From: an uncultured delta proteobacterium
GTDB taxonomy: Bacteria; Desulfobacterota; Binatia; Binatales; Binataceae
Length of the DNA: 64,000 nucleotides
Direction of reading: 5' to 3'
Assembly: GCA_963808235.1 (NCBI GenBank)
Contig: CAWEEQ010000004.1
Coordinates: forward strand, 1,408,001 to 1,472,000
Shown: positions 9,510 through 19,463 of the stretch, piece after piece
Layout: each line of letters starts with the position of its first letter
How positions within the stretch are numbered: position 1 is the first letter of the stretch
Notes under the pieces: generated by a model
Databases searched by the model: none
What the model was told of the DNA's origin: nothing
What the model saw: only the letters and a program-made list of their open reading frames with translations
Made by a program: the position numbers and the translations under genes

Positions 9510-11519
9510 TCAGCGGCGGGCGCGGTCGGGGACGAGCGCGTCAGGTGGCACGATCTCATTGTCTGAGGCGCCGGGAGGTTTCCAGAACAGATGCACATAC
9601 GAGCCGCCGCCGTTGTTTCGCTCGCCGACTTCGATCCGATGCGGCCCCGCGCTCAGATTGATCTGGCCAACATCGTGGTACTTGTTGACCATGCCGGGAT
9701 CGTGAATCACCGGCGTGCCGTCGATCGTGACCCACCCCAGGTCGTCCACGTCGATCGAAAATTCGTACACGCCGGTCGTCGGCGCCATCAGTTCGCCGGT
9801 CCACAAATCGCAAGACGGAAACGGCATCGCACCCATGTGCGCGATATCTTCGAAGTCGATTTTCGGATCGACGCGCATGATATGCGGCCGGCTCTCACCG
9901 CATTGCTCACCCGCATAATAGCGCCCGAGCAGGCCATGCTGCCCGCTGAGAGCAACCGGCTGCAATATCCTGTCGCTGAAGGGAAGAATGAACACCGCGC
10001 TGATTCCGACCGCTGTCGCGGCTTGAGTCAGCCGGCGCGACGCGCCATGTCCCCACAGCTTAAGCGTATCCGCCAGATCGAAGCTGCCGAAAATCCAGAA
10101 CAGCGCGAGCGGCCAAAGTTGCATCGGTCCCGGAATATGCGCGAGCTTGCCGAGATTGAAGGCGACCGATTCGCCGACGATCATCCCGCCGCCGAAGAAC
10201 GCGTCGCGATTGGTGGCGAAGTCGCCGCGCATGAATTGCTGAAGCGCGAAGTCGCGGACCGGATTGTCATACTCGTACGGAAAATGCGGATTGGTCGCCG
10301 TCGCCATCAGCATGATCGCCGCGGAAATCGCACCGAAAGCGCCCAGCACGAAGTCGCATGCGGCGGGCAGAAACGCCAGCGCCAGCACCATGAATGGCAC
10401 CGACGCAACTATCTGCCGAGGCCCGGTCGCGGTGCCGCCGCCCCACGACACGATCGATTCGCCGTACGATGCGTTGAACAGGATCAGCACCACGAACGAA
10501 TAAACCGTGACCGCGAATTCCGCGCGCCACTTTTTCAGGCGCGCGAAATAGCCGACTCCTAAAATCGACAGCAGCAAAACCGGATTGCAGAAAAATAGTC
10601 CGCGCTGCGGATCGAGCAGCACGTTCCACAAGATTCGCGCTTTCGGATATGTCAGCCCGACGAATCCCTTCGCCTGCTCGGGAAATTGTGCGTTGCCCGG
10701 AAGTTTGAACGCCTGGTAGCTGAAAAAGAATACGCTGCCGAATGCGCCCCGGTTGTACCCAAGCAGGATCACCGCGGTGATCGCCGCGCCCGCCGAAAAC
10801 GCCGCGAGCTGTTTCCACTGCGGCAATTTGAACAGCGCATAAATTCCTACCGCCGCCGCGACCAGGAAAACCGGATAGTCGTTCAGCACCGCCCATCCAG
10901 CGAGAAATCCCGCCGCAAACGCCCGCCACGAAGACGGCCGCGTGCCGAATGTCGCCAGCAGATAGAACCCAACGAATACGCATACCGCGGCGACCGGTTC
11001 TCCGGTGAGTTCGGTCGCGTACGGAAAGCATATCGTCGCAAGTCCGAGGATCAGCGAGACGCCGGTCGCGCGTCCCTCCGATGCGCCCAGGAATCGCGTG
11101 AACCGATACATCACCACGCATAGAATCGAGATCAACAATCCCGTCGTGAACAAAGTTGTCAGGTACGTCGTGAACGCCCAGTAGATGTCCTCGCGCGACG
11201 CCTGCAGAGGCATCAGCACCAGCTTGAAGATCACCCACGGTATCAGCGCGGTGAGCGACGTGCCGGGCGCTTTGACCGAGTAGATGTGCCCGTTGACCGT
11301 AATGATGTCGGCGGTGTTGTAGCCGCAGAAACCGTCGATCCAGAGCACACCCTTCTCGAGCATCGAGCGCATCAGGTCGAAGCGCGCCGCAATACTCTGG
11401 TCGGAGCCCTGGTAAAAGTAGGCGTAGGTGATGAACGGGATGAGAAAGATCGCGCTCTCGATTTGACGCTCTCGCTGACCGTCGCGCCCTTCGCTCGAAT
11501 TTTCCCCGGGCTGAGTCAT
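9510..11519 (-). CDS. Polytopic GT-C-like membrane protein with C-terminal PA14 domain
   Basis: Many TM helices, motifs YSVKAPG, PQRGLFF, WGGG..TGPR; C-terminus GLLGRYY...RVDPKIDF...WTG.L.AP..G.YEFSIDVDD (PA14); ATGA overlap with the upstream gene. Confidence 0.8.
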   Translation of the reverse strand: MTQPGENSSEGRDGQRERQIESAIFLIPFITYAYFYQGSDQSIAARFDLMRSMLEKGVLWIDGFCGYNTADIITVNGHIYSVKAPGTSLTALIPWVIFKLVLMPLQASREDIYWAFTTYLTTLFTTGLLISILCVVMYRFTRFLGASEGRATGVSLILGLATICFPYATELTGEPVAAVCVFVGFYLLATFGTRPSSWRAFAAGFLAGWAVLNDYPVFLVAAAVGIYALFKLPQWKQLAAFSAGAAITAVILLGYNRGAFGSVFFFSYQAFKLPGNAQFPEQAKGFVGLTYPKARILWNVLLDPQRGLFFCNPVLLLSILGVGYFARLKKWRAEFAVTVYSFVVLILFNASYGESIVSWGGGTATGPRQIVASVPFMVLALAFLPAACDFVLGAFGAISAAIMLMATATNPHFPYEYDNPVRDFALQQFMRGDFATNRDAFFGGGMIVGESVAFNLGKLAHIPGPMQLWPLALFWIFGSFDLADTLKLWGHGASRRLTQAATAVGISAVFILPFSDRILQPVALSGQHGLLGRYYAGEQCGESRPHIMRVDPKIDFEDIAHMGAMPFPSCDLWTGELMAPTTGVYEFSIDVDDLGWVTIDGTPVIHDPGMVNKYHDVGQINLSAGPHRIEVGERNNGGGSYVHLFWKPPGASDNEIVPPDALVPDRARR

Positions 11520-12256
11520 CGCTTGCGCGTTCGCTCCGGCACCACCGGCGCTTCGCCGAACATCCGCCATCCCGCCCATGCGATCGCGCTTAGCACCAGG
11601 AACGTAAGTACCAGCGACCAGTGCGATCCGCTCGGCACCGGCGCTGCCTCCTGGCGGATCGACACCAGGTCGTAAGTCGGCGTCGCGTTCGGCGGCGGCG
11701 CATCGACCGCGACCACCATCGCATTCCTGAAAAACGCGCGCCCGGTGTTCAGACTCGCAAATCCTCCCACTCGCAGCGCCACGTCAACGTCGGCCCCATG
11801 CCCGCCCACCTTCAGATACAGCGACACCCGCTGCCATGCCGCGGTGCCCTTGATCTCCCGCGACATGATCCCGTCTTCCATCACCGAAATCGACGCGCCG
11901 GCTTCCTTGTCCCCGACGTTCTCGGTGCGGATGTCGACGCTGAGCTGGTACCATCCCTTAGTGAGCGACAGCGGCTGCATCCATCGCCCGTCGTTCGCCT
12001 GCAGATTGTCGACCTCCATCTCGGCGCCGCTCGGCGACGGATGCCAATGGCAGATAAACGCGTCCGGCTTGTTTATCCATGCCTCCGTGCGCCAGTTGTC
12101 GGGTTGATCCTCGGAGCCCTTAGCGAAGTCGCCGTTCTGAAGAAGGTTCTGCGCGGCGCCGGCATCGCGCTGCAACAATCCCGTAAAAGCAAAAATAAAT
12201 ATCGCGCAGATCAAAATCGCGCGCATGCGACGATGCCGAGGCGATAGGTCGTGCAT
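11516..12256 (-). CDS. Exported protein with CBM4/9-like jelly-roll domain and C-terminal membrane anchor
   Basis: Signal peptide, NLLQNGDFA...W, QPLSL..GWYQLSV.IRTENV, W.RVSL, C-terminal TM; TGATG coupling at 12254-12258. Confidence 0.75.
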   Translation of the reverse strand: MHDLSPRHRRMRAILICAIFIFAFTGLLQRDAGAAQNLLQNGDFAKGSEDQPDNWRTEAWINKPDAFICHWHPSPSGAEMEVDNLQANDGRWMQPLSLTKGWYQLSVDIRTENVGDKEAGASISVMEDGIMSREIKGTAAWQRVSLYLKVGGHGADVDVALRVGGFASLNTGRAFFRNAMVVAVDAPPPNATPTYDLVSIRQEAAPVPSGSHWSLVLTFLVLSAIAWAGWRMFGEAPVVPERTRKR

Positions 12257-15200
12257 CAGATCCAGCTTCGCAGTCCCGATTCCTGCAGCCACATCCGTGC
12301 GTAATATCCGCTGCGGTCCATCGGGATGCCGGTCCAGACCGGAAAGTAATAGACGAACACGACGAACGCCGCGCCCACGAATGCGCACGCGACAAACCTG
12401 CCCGCATACTCGGTGCTCATCAGGACGATCGCGTACCCGACCATTAGCGCCGCAAACAACAGCGCCCCAACTGGTGCGCCGAGCCCGAGAATGAACGCCG
12501 GGGCCATCGTCAGCAGGATCGCCAGATGCTCCCACGGCTCGGCGCGTTCGTTGAAACACTCGGTCACCACCGCCGCGAGCGCGATATAACCAAGGTAAAT
12601 CGATCCCATATAATGGTAGAGAAAGAGCGTGCGCCCGATCCAAATCCAGATCACGATATAACCGAGGTAGCCGATCACCAAAAATGATCGCGCCAGGTTC
12701 GGCCGCTCGATCGCTTTCACCGCCGTGATCGTCATCGCGGTCAGCGCGCCCCACCACAGCAGCGGATTTCCGCCGCCCCACACCGTCGAGACGTTCCCGG
12801 TCTTGGGAAAATTCTGCCAGTACGCGACCGGCCTCAGCATCAGCGGCCAACTCCACCATGGCGACGCGTACGGATGAGTCGCCGACGCGACGCTATTCTC
12901 GTACCAGATCACGTCGTGGTAGTAGTTGAACAGATCGCTGATTCCGCCCCACCATCCGAGCCAGTAGTGCGGAAGAAAAACCGCCAGGTACGTCATCGCT
13001 GCGATCGATCCGACCACCGCCATCGCAGCACCGCTCTTGCGATCGAACCACTCCGACATCGCCGGCATCTTCCATGACACCGCTCCCGATGCCGACGCGT
13101 TGCGCCAAAGAATCTCCGCACCTCGCCCGACGATCACGATCAGGATCGCCAGCGCGACTGCGCCTCCTTTTCCCCCATCGAGCAGCAGCACCAGCACCAT
13201 CGCGACGCAGGTGGCGGCGACGAACGCGAGTTCGGTCGGCGACATGAAATCGAAGAGCGCCGGCTGCGTGGGAACAGTCGTTGTCGCCTTGCCCTCGTGC
13301 AATGCGGCGTCCGCGGCGCTCCACCTCTCCTTCGCGAGCACGTACAGCATGAACCCGGTCACCAGCAGAAAAGTGATCCCCGGGATGTAGAGTTTGCCCG
13401 AAAGGCATAAGCCCAGCGCGAGTCCGATCCACGGCAGCAGGCGCCGCCGCGCACGCGGATCCGGTGTTTGCGCAAATTTGAAAAAAAGCAAATATGCGGT
13501 CGCCGCGCAGGTCAGGTACACGATATCGATAACCGCGACTCGCGAATCGACCAGGTACATCCCGTCGCACAAAATAAACCCGCCGGCCAGCGCCGCGGCG
13601 ATACGCGAGCCGGTCATGCGCCGGCCGAGCAGATAGGTGATCCCCACCAGCGCCGTGCCGATAGTCGCGTTGCCGACTCGCCAGCTCCACGGATGGTCGC
13701 CGAAAATCCAGATGCCCGCCGCGATCACCAGCTTGGCGAGCGGCGGATGCGGATCGAGAAACGATTCGCCGTGCAGATAATGGCGCGCCTGCGCGACGAA
13801 ATGCACTTCGTCGAAAACAATCTCCGCCGGATGCCCCAGGTGCCAGAACCGCGTGATCGCCGCCGCAATCAACAGCGCCGAGATTATGATCGTGTCCCTC
13901 GCGCTCCACGCCGGCGCGCTCACTTCGTCTTCCGGTTCCAAATCGACGGGCCGCACCGCCGTGAATTTTTCGAACAATCCGTCGAGCACGGTCGGCGAGG
14001 TGCTCGGCCCCGACAGCTTCGTCGCGCCGTAATGCGCCGCAAGCGCGAGCGCGACGACGTTCAACGCCGAGGTGAACATCGCAAGCCCGTCGCGTCCGTC
14101 GAGAAAAACCACCGTGTTCAGCGTATGCAGGATGTAGCTCAGATTGATCACGCAGGTGAGCGACAGCACGATGAACACGACAAGCATCTCGGGCGCTTCC
14201 AGAGCCAGCGGCACCGCGAGCGCGATCGCCGGATACAGGTAGCGCTCATGCATCCGCGGCGCGACCATGAAAAATCCGAAAATCGCGAAGAACGCCGCGA
14301 ACAGCAGCCGCTCCTGGGTGCGCCCGCGCCACAAAATCCACGCGATAAACCCATAGAGCGGGACCAGCAGGCTCATCCCCAGCGCGAAGTACGAGATGCC
14401 CGCGATCGTTCCCGAGTCCGACTGGCGAAGACCTCCGACCAACGCCATCAGGTTGAACGCGTTCACCGAGGTCTCGTGATAGTACGCCGCCGTCGACGTA
14501 TAGAGCTTCAGAATCCAGTTCCACTCGTGGCCTATCTGAAACGGCGCGATACCGATAATCGCAACTGTGATCAGCGCCACGCCCGATCTGATCCAGGTCG
14601 CGAAATCCGTCTCGAGCATCGTCCATAGCCCGATCACCGGCAGGATCATCAAACCCTGCGGCTTGACCAGCACCCCAATTGCCGCGAGCCCCCACGCGAT
14701 TTCGTATTGCTCGCTGAGAATCGACACGATGCTCAGCAGGGTGACGAACGTCAGCACCGAGTCGCTCTGTCCCCAGACCACGGTGTCGAACAGCAGCGCC
14801 GGATTCAGCGCGACCATCAGCATCGCGATCATCGCCATCGCGGGCCGGCTCCCGCGCCGGAAGAGCGCGTACATCAGGATCGCGAGCGTGAAGTCCGCGA
14901 GGATCGCCGGACCCTCGATTATGGTTCTGTAGAAATCTCCCGTCGCGCCGATTGCATGCGCGACAATTCCCGCCACCCAGAGCCCGTAAAGGTAGCCGGG
15001 CGGATAGTCGAGAAAATATCCTTCCTGGTAAGTATGCGCCGGGCCGAGCGTCGCGATTTGCGCGGCCCACGACTGGTAACTGCCAACGTCGGGTCCGAAG
15101 CCGGGGAAAAATGGCATCACCGCGACTTTGATCGCGGCGATCCCGAGCAACACGAGCATCGCGCGCATCACGCCGGACTCGGGATCGTCGAAGAGCGGGC

Positions 15201-15390
15201 GCAGGTAGTCGTAAAGCGCGTACCCGACAATCGAAATCAGAATCGCGCCGGCAACAAATCCCGCAAACTTCCCGCTCGCCGCCCCGGGCGGCAACGCAGC
15301 CGCAATAGAAAAAAGCCCAAGCACCGCCGCACCCGCCGACATCGACGCGCGCGCACCCCACCACCGAGGCCTATCCCCCAAGACCATCAA
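12256..15390 (-). CDS. Fused GT-C glycosyltransferase: N-terminal ALG6/GT87-like domain plus C-terminal protein O-mannosyltransferase (PMT, GT39)
   Basis: N-half: DYPP, LNPALLFD..WGQSDS, KPQ, RMHERY. C-half: VFDEVHF, DPHPPLAK, WSWR, HPYASPWWSWPLMLRP, GNPLLWW, RTLFLYHY. Start uncertain (15342-15390). Confidence 0.88.
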   Translation of the reverse strand: MMVLGDRPRWWGARASMSAGAAVLGLFSIAAALPPGAASGKFAGFVAGAILISIVGYALYDYLRPLFDDPESGVMRAMLVLLGIAAIKVAVMPFFPGFGPDVGSYQSWAAQIATLGPAHTYQEGYFLDYPPGYLYGLWVAGIVAHAIGATGDFYRTIIEGPAILADFTLAILMYALFRRGSRPAMAMIAMLMVALNPALLFDTVVWGQSDSVLTFVTLLSIVSILSEQYEIAWGLAAIGVLVKPQGLMILPVIGLWTMLETDFATWIRSGVALITVAIIGIAPFQIGHEWNWILKLYTSTAAYYHETSVNAFNLMALVGGLRQSDSGTIAGISYFALGMSLLVPLYGFIAWILWRGRTQERLLFAAFFAIFGFFMVAPRMHERYLYPAIALAVPLALEAPEMLVVFIVLSLTCVINLSYILHTLNTVVFLDGRDGLAMFTSALNVVALALAAHYGATKLSGPSTSPTVLDGLFEKFTAVRPVDLEPEDEVSAPAWSARDTIIISALLIAAAITRFWHLGHPAEIVFDEVHFVAQARHYLHGESFLDPHPPLAKLVIAAGIWIFGDHPWSWRVGNATIGTALVGITYLLGRRMTGSRIAAALAGGFILCDGMYLVDSRVAVIDIVYLTCAATAYLLFFKFAQTPDPRARRRLLPWIGLALGLCLSGKLYIPGITFLLVTGFMLYVLAKERWSAADAALHEGKATTTVPTQPALFDFMSPTELAFVAATCVAMVLVLLLDGGKGGAVALAILIVIVGRGAEILWRNASASGAVSWKMPAMSEWFDRKSGAAMAVVGSIAAMTYLAVFLPHYWLGWWGGISDLFNYYHDVIWYENSVASATHPYASPWWSWPLMLRPVAYWQNFPKTGNVSTVWGGGNPLLWWGALTAMTITAVKAIERPNLARSFLVIGYLGYIVIWIWIGRTLFLYHYMGSIYLGYIALAAVVTECFNERAEPWEHLAILLTMAPAFILGLGAPVGALLFAALMVGYAIVLMSTEYAGRFVACAFVGAAFVVFVYYFPVWTGIPMDRSGYYARMWLQESGLRSWI

Positions 15391-15492
15391 CGCTCACTCG
15401 ACTCCGCAATCGCCATAACGCGCCGCTAAGATAGCGGTTATTCCCGTCATTCTGAACAGCCCCGCCCGATTGTTCCCCCTTCCCACAATAGA

Positions 15493-15588
15493 CCCCCGCG
15501 AAATGCCGCCACTGGCCGCTTCGCGTTGTCCTGACACCGGGTGCAGGGGTCACCCCTGCCGCCAGCCGCGCAGGCGTGACAAAGATTC
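15493..15588 (+). repeat. Palindromic repeat element, copy upstream of the esterase gene
   Basis: ACACCGGGTGCAGGGGTCACCCCTGCCGCCAGCCGCGCAGGCGTGAC is identical in the copy at 16397-16490. Confidence 0.9.
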
Positions 15589-15686
15589 CGACTGAACTCA
15601 CTCAGTGCGTAAACGAAACTTCACTAGCGAGCGCCATGCCCCCGTCCTATGATGCGTGCATCGCGCACCCCGAGGAGCCCGTACCG

Positions 15687-16346
15687 ATGCGACTGATCCA
15701 CACCCTCTACGAACCCGCCGGCGACGGCCCCCACCCCACTCTCATCGCGATGCATGGGTTCGGCGCCAACGCGCTCGATCTCCTCGGCCTCGCCCCCTAC
15801 ATCGCCGACGGCCGCTTCATGGTCATTTGCCCGCAAGGCCCGATGGAAGTGCCGATCGGCCCGACCAAAGGCTACGCATGGTTTCCCATCCGGATGGGCT
15901 CGCCGCCGGATCGCGAAGCAATCGACGACGCCAACAAGATCGCCACCGAGTTTCTCAACACCGCGCTCCAGAAATATCCGGTCGATCGTAAAAAGCTCGT
16001 GATGCTCGGGTTCAGCCAGGGCGGCATGATGGCCTATCGGCTCGCGATGCGGAATCCGTCCAAGTTCGCGGCCCTGGTCGCGCTGTCGACATTCTTTCCG
16101 CCCGAATTGAAGGACGAGATTAGCGATCCCGCCGCGCTCGAGGCGCTCCCGACCCTGGTTCAGCACGGACGCGCCGACGATATGATCGAGATCACCCGAG
16201 CGCGCGCGTCGGTTGAAACCCTGCGCTCGCTCAAAGTGCCCCTGACCTTTCACGAATACGATTGCGGCCACGAAATCACCGCCGAAGCACTGCAGGACCT
16301 GTCGAATTTCCTGATCGAAAAGGTGCTCGAACCAGCGGCCCCTTGA
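15687..16346 (+). CDS. Phospholipase/carboxylesterase (alpha/beta hydrolase)
   Basis: HGFGAN, GFSQGG nucleophile motif, HGRADD, GHEI; GAGGAG SD. Confidence 0.93.
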   Translation: MRLIHTLYEPAGDGPHPTLIAMHGFGANALDLLGLAPYIADGRFMVICPQGPMEVPIGPTKGYAWFPIRMGSPPDREAIDDANKIATEFLNTALQKYPVDRKKLVMLGFSQGGMMAYRLAMRNPSKFAALVALSTFFPPELKDEISDPAALEALPTLVQHGRADDMIEITRARASVETLRSLKVPLTFHEYDCGHEITAEALQDLSNFLIEKVLEPAAP

Positions 16347-16396
16347 TTGCCACCGGTTGCGCCGCCTGCGCCAAAGCTCCCACCCTGCCCACCCAC

Positions 16397-16490
16397 CCCC
16401 CGCGAAATGCCGTTGCGGCATTTCGCTCTTTCTTAACACCGGGTGCAGGGGTCACCCCTGCCGCCAGCCGCGCAGGCGTGACTAAGATTC
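16397..16490 (+). repeat. Palindromic repeat element, copy downstream of the esterase gene
   Basis: Perfect hairpin GCGAAATGCCG-TTG-CGGCATTTCGC followed by the GCAGGGG-TCA-CCCCTGC hairpin; direct repeat of 15493-15588. Confidence 0.9.
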
Positions 16491-16517
16491 TTCATCTCTT
16501 TTCTCCTCAACTCCCCA

Positions 16518-16541
16518 GTGGCACGGGCGTCCCTGCCCGTG
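16518..16541 (+). repeat. REP-like palindrome (GTGG followed by a hairpin)
   Basis: GTGG-CACGGGC-GTCCCT-GCCCGTG; only one copy seen in the window. Confidence 0.55.
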
Positions 16542-16613
16542 ATTAGATGCGGCAGTGCAACTGCACCAGTGCAAAAAATCGGTCTGACAGACCTCGAAAT
16601 AGAGATACCCATA

Positions 16614-16952
16614 ATGAAAATGGCGCGCGTGATCCTGTTTACTGCCCAGATCGATGCGATGAGCAAATACTACGGGCAAGTGCTCGGCCTCAAACCGGTC
16701 AAACAGGTCACCGATGAAAAGGGATGGCGCGAATTTGACGCCGGTGGCGTAACGATCGCTTTGCATTCCGGCCCCCCATCGCCCGGCCGCAAGGGCCCCA
16801 AAATTGTCTTCCACGCCAAGGACGTCGCTGCGATGCGCCAAACGCTGGTCGCACGGGGCGCAAAGTTCGGCATGGCCCGACAAGGGGATATATTTTGTCT
16901 TTGTGACGGCAAGGACCCGGACGGCAACCCCGTCCAATTGTCTGACCGCTGA
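16614..16952 (+). CDS. VOC/glyoxalase family protein
   Basis: YY..VLGL, W.EF, IALH, IVF...DV, DPDGNPVQL. Confidence 0.88.
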   Translation: MKMARVILFTAQIDAMSKYYGQVLGLKPVKQVTDEKGWREFDAGGVTIALHSGPPSPGRKGPKIVFHAKDVAAMRQTLVARGAKFGMARQGDIFCLCDGKDPDGNPVQLSDR

Positions 16953-17007
16953 ACAAGTGAACAAGTGAAAACTGAACAATTCGTCCGCTGCTAACTCGGC
17001 GACCGCC

Positions 17008-17847
17008 ATGTCTCACGATACTGATAACGACGCAGCGGCGGAGTTCGCGAAACTGCTCGCGGTAGTCGCCGAGCTGCGCACCCGATGCCCCTGGGATCGC
17101 GAGCAGAAACTCGCCGACACTCCGCGCCATCTGATCGAAGAGTCCTACGAAGTTGCCGACGCCGTGGCGCACGGCGAACCCGCGGAAATCGCCGACGAAC
17201 TCGGCGATGTCCTCGCACAATGCCTCTTCGTCGCGACCATTCTCCGCGAAAATTCGCAACTCGATATCGCCGCAGTGCTGAAAGGCGCCGCGCAGAAACT
17301 CATTCGCCGTCATCCGCACATCTATGCCGATACCCGCGCCGATACCGTCGACCAGGTCCTCGACAACTGGGATCAAATCAAACAGCAGGAGCGCGACGAC
17401 AAGGAAAACAAGAAGTCCGGCGAGTCCAAAAGCATCCCCCAAAAAAGCATCGCTGAGGTCGGACGCGCGCTGCCCGCCCTGATGCGCGCCGAAAAACTCG
17501 GGCAGAAGGCGCGCCGCGCCGGGATGGACTGGCCCGACATCCGCGAGGTGCTCGCAAAAGCGCGCGAGGAACTCGACGAAGTCGAGCACGCGCTCGATCG
17601 CGGCGACACCAACGCCGCCGCCGAAGAGATCGGCGACCTGATGCTCGCGATTGCCAACGCGCCGCGCTTCATCGCCCACGACGCCGAGCAAACGCTGCGC
17701 GCCGCCTGCGACAAATTCGTCATCCGCTTCGACACCGTCGCCCGCCTGGCCGCACAACGCGGCCTCGATCTAAAAACCATGCCCCCAGCAGAAATCGACG
17801 CCCTATGGACAGAAGCCAAGCAGCTAACCCGGCATCCTGATCGGTGA
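17008..17847 (+). CDS. mazG: Nucleoside triphosphate pyrophosphohydrolase MazG
   Basis: CPWDREQ, EESYEVADA, ELGDVL, KLIRRHPH, LPALMRA, EEIGDL. Confidence 0.96.
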   Translation: MSHDTDNDAAAEFAKLLAVVAELRTRCPWDREQKLADTPRHLIEESYEVADAVAHGEPAEIADELGDVLAQCLFVATILRENSQLDIAAVLKGAAQKLIRRHPHIYADTRADTVDQVLDNWDQIKQQERDDKENKKSGESKSIPQKSIAEVGRALPALMRAEKLGQKARRAGMDWPDIREVLAKAREELDEVEHALDRGDTNAAAEEIGDLMLAIANAPRFIAHDAEQTLRAACDKFVIRFDTVARLAAQRGLDLKTMPPAEIDALWTEAKQLTRHPDR

Positions 17848-17851
17848 TGCG

Positions 17852-18034
17852 ATGAAGAGGAGCTACTTCAGGCGCGAGTCAATTTGGATCTACCTCTATC
17901 TTTTCGGTCCGCCGTTAATCGGGCTGGCCGCGACGCTTCTCGTAAAAGCGATCTACGGTCCGCAACATCACGCCCCTCACGCGACGAAAGCGACAACTAG
18001 CCCCAACCATATTGTGATCGCCCCGACTCACTGA
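17852..18034 (+). CDS. Small single-TM hypothetical protein
   Basis: 60-aa ORF fills the mazG-rpsT gap exactly; one hydrophobic helix. Confidence 0.5.
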   Translation: MKRSYFRRESIWIYLYLFGPPLIGLAATLLVKAIYGPQHHAPHATKATTSPNHIVIAPTH

Positions 18035-18049
18035 TATAAATGAGAGGTT

Positions 18050-18337
18050 ATGCCGCATATTCCAGTTCATCCATCCGCAGAGAAGCGCCATCGGCAAAGT
18101 CTCAAACGCGCCGAGCGCAACCGCACCGTCAGAACCCGGGCTCGCAGCCTCGCCAAGACCGCCGCGGAAACGATCGCGTCCACAACCGACCAGGCCAAGG
18201 CTCAGGAGGCGCTCAAAGAGGCCACCAAGGTGCTCTACAAAGCCGCCGGCAAAGGCACCTTGCATCGCAACACCGTGCGCCGCAAAGTCGCGCGGCTCTC
18301 GGCCAGCCTGCATCGGAAATTCGTCGCCAAGAGTTAG
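18050..18337 (+). CDS. rpsT: 30S ribosomal protein S20
   Basis: SAEKRHRQSLKRAERN, KAAGKG.LHRN...RK..RL; converges on holA as usual. Confidence 0.96.
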   Translation: MPHIPVHPSAEKRHRQSLKRAERNRTVRTRARSLAKTAAETIASTTDQAKAQEALKEATKVLYKAAGKGTLHRNTVRRKVARLSASLHRKFVAKS

Positions 18338-18372
18338 CAGCCGGCAAGGATCGGCAAGGCGGCGAATTTCGC

Positions 18373-19431
18373 CTAATTCGGAATTTCCACCAGCTCGAGT
18401 ATCAGACCCGCTAGCGCCTCTTCGCGCTCCTTCACCTCACCGTTCTTGAATCCCGCATCCAGCTCGCATGCTCGCGCGTAAGCGCGTTCGAGTCGCGGCT
18501 GCCCAAGCCGTCTTGCGCCCTCGATCGCGCGCATCGCAAGCCCGCTCTGCGGAGACACACCTAGCGCACCGGCGACGTCGCCGGCGCTCTTATTCGCCGC
18601 GAGCATCGAGGCGGCGATCATCATCCGCCTCATCACGGGGATGACTTCCAACGCCAGGATTTCGAAGACGTCGCGACCGAGCGCGATCGCGCGCCCCAGT
18701 TGCGCGAGCGCAGACGATGCTCGTCCGCGCGCCAGGCTCTCCGCGAGCTCAAACAACTCCGGCATCCGCTGCGCGCCCTGCTCATCCAGATCGCCCGGCT
18801 TCACCAACGCGCCCGGTTCCGCGACGATGGTGACCTTCGCGAGCGCATTGACGATCGCCGCCAAATCTCCGCCGTGGCGCGAGATCAACATGTCGAGCGC
18901 GGCGGGTGCGAGCTTCAATCCGAGCCGATGCGCGAAGACCTGCACGTATTGTTCGATCTGATTATCGAAGGGCCGCATGCAATTCACCAGCAGCGCCGAC
19001 TTCTCCGCCGCGCGCCGAACTTTCGCGGGCGCGTTGTCTTTTTCGTAGAGCAGAATCAGATAACCGGGACCGCGCGCCGCTTCGATTGCGGCGACCAGCG
19101 CTGCTTCTCCGCCTTGTGCGCCCGGCGTGCGCGAGTCCGCGGGCTCCGCATCGTCGCTGCGCTCACGCCGGGAGCGCAGGATTCGGCACGCGATCGCGCG
19201 CTTGGGTGCGAACAAGTCTGGCGCGCGCAACTCGTTGAGCATCGCGCCGTAATCGTCGCTCGCGCCGATTTGAAAGCCGCGGTATTGGCAGCCCTCGCCG
19301 ATCGCGGCGCGAACCACCGTGTCGAGAACGTACTCGCGAAGGAATGCGTGCGGACCGAAGATTACGATCACCGGCGGGAGCTTGCGTGCGGCGGCGCCAC
19401 GCAAGTACGCGAGCGCGGGTTCAACCGGCAT
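18373..19431 (-). CDS. holA: DNA polymerase III subunit delta
   Basis: PPVIVIFG...FL, DLFA.KR, LFELAESL, D...K.G; lptE-holA-(rpsT) synteny. Confidence 0.88.
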   Translation of the reverse strand: MPVEPALAYLRGAAARKLPPVIVIFGPHAFLREYVLDTVVRAAIGEGCQYRGFQIGASDDYGAMLNELRAPDLFAPKRAIACRILRSRRERSDDAEPADSRTPGAQGGEAALVAAIEAARGPGYLILLYEKDNAPAKVRRAAEKSALLVNCMRPFDNQIEQYVQVFAHRLGLKLAPAALDMLISRHGGDLAAIVNALAKVTIVAEPGALVKPGDLDEQGAQRMPELFELAESLARGRASSALAQLGRAIALGRDVFEILALEVIPVMRRMMIAASMLAANKSAGDVAGALGVSPQSGLAMRAIEGARRLGQPRLERAYARACELDAGFKNGEVKEREEALAGLILELVEIPN

Positions 19432-19463
19432 ACGGTCGTGCCCGACTTTCCCGCGGCATCGGT

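Noticed and set aside
12257-12859. N-terminal 200 aa of the 447-aa ORF 11516-12859
   Set aside because: Out-of-frame overlap with the PMT gene; the real start is the coupled ATG at 12256 or shortly after. Similar over-extensions were trimmed for ruvA, yebC, holA, nth and the 45434 hydrolase.
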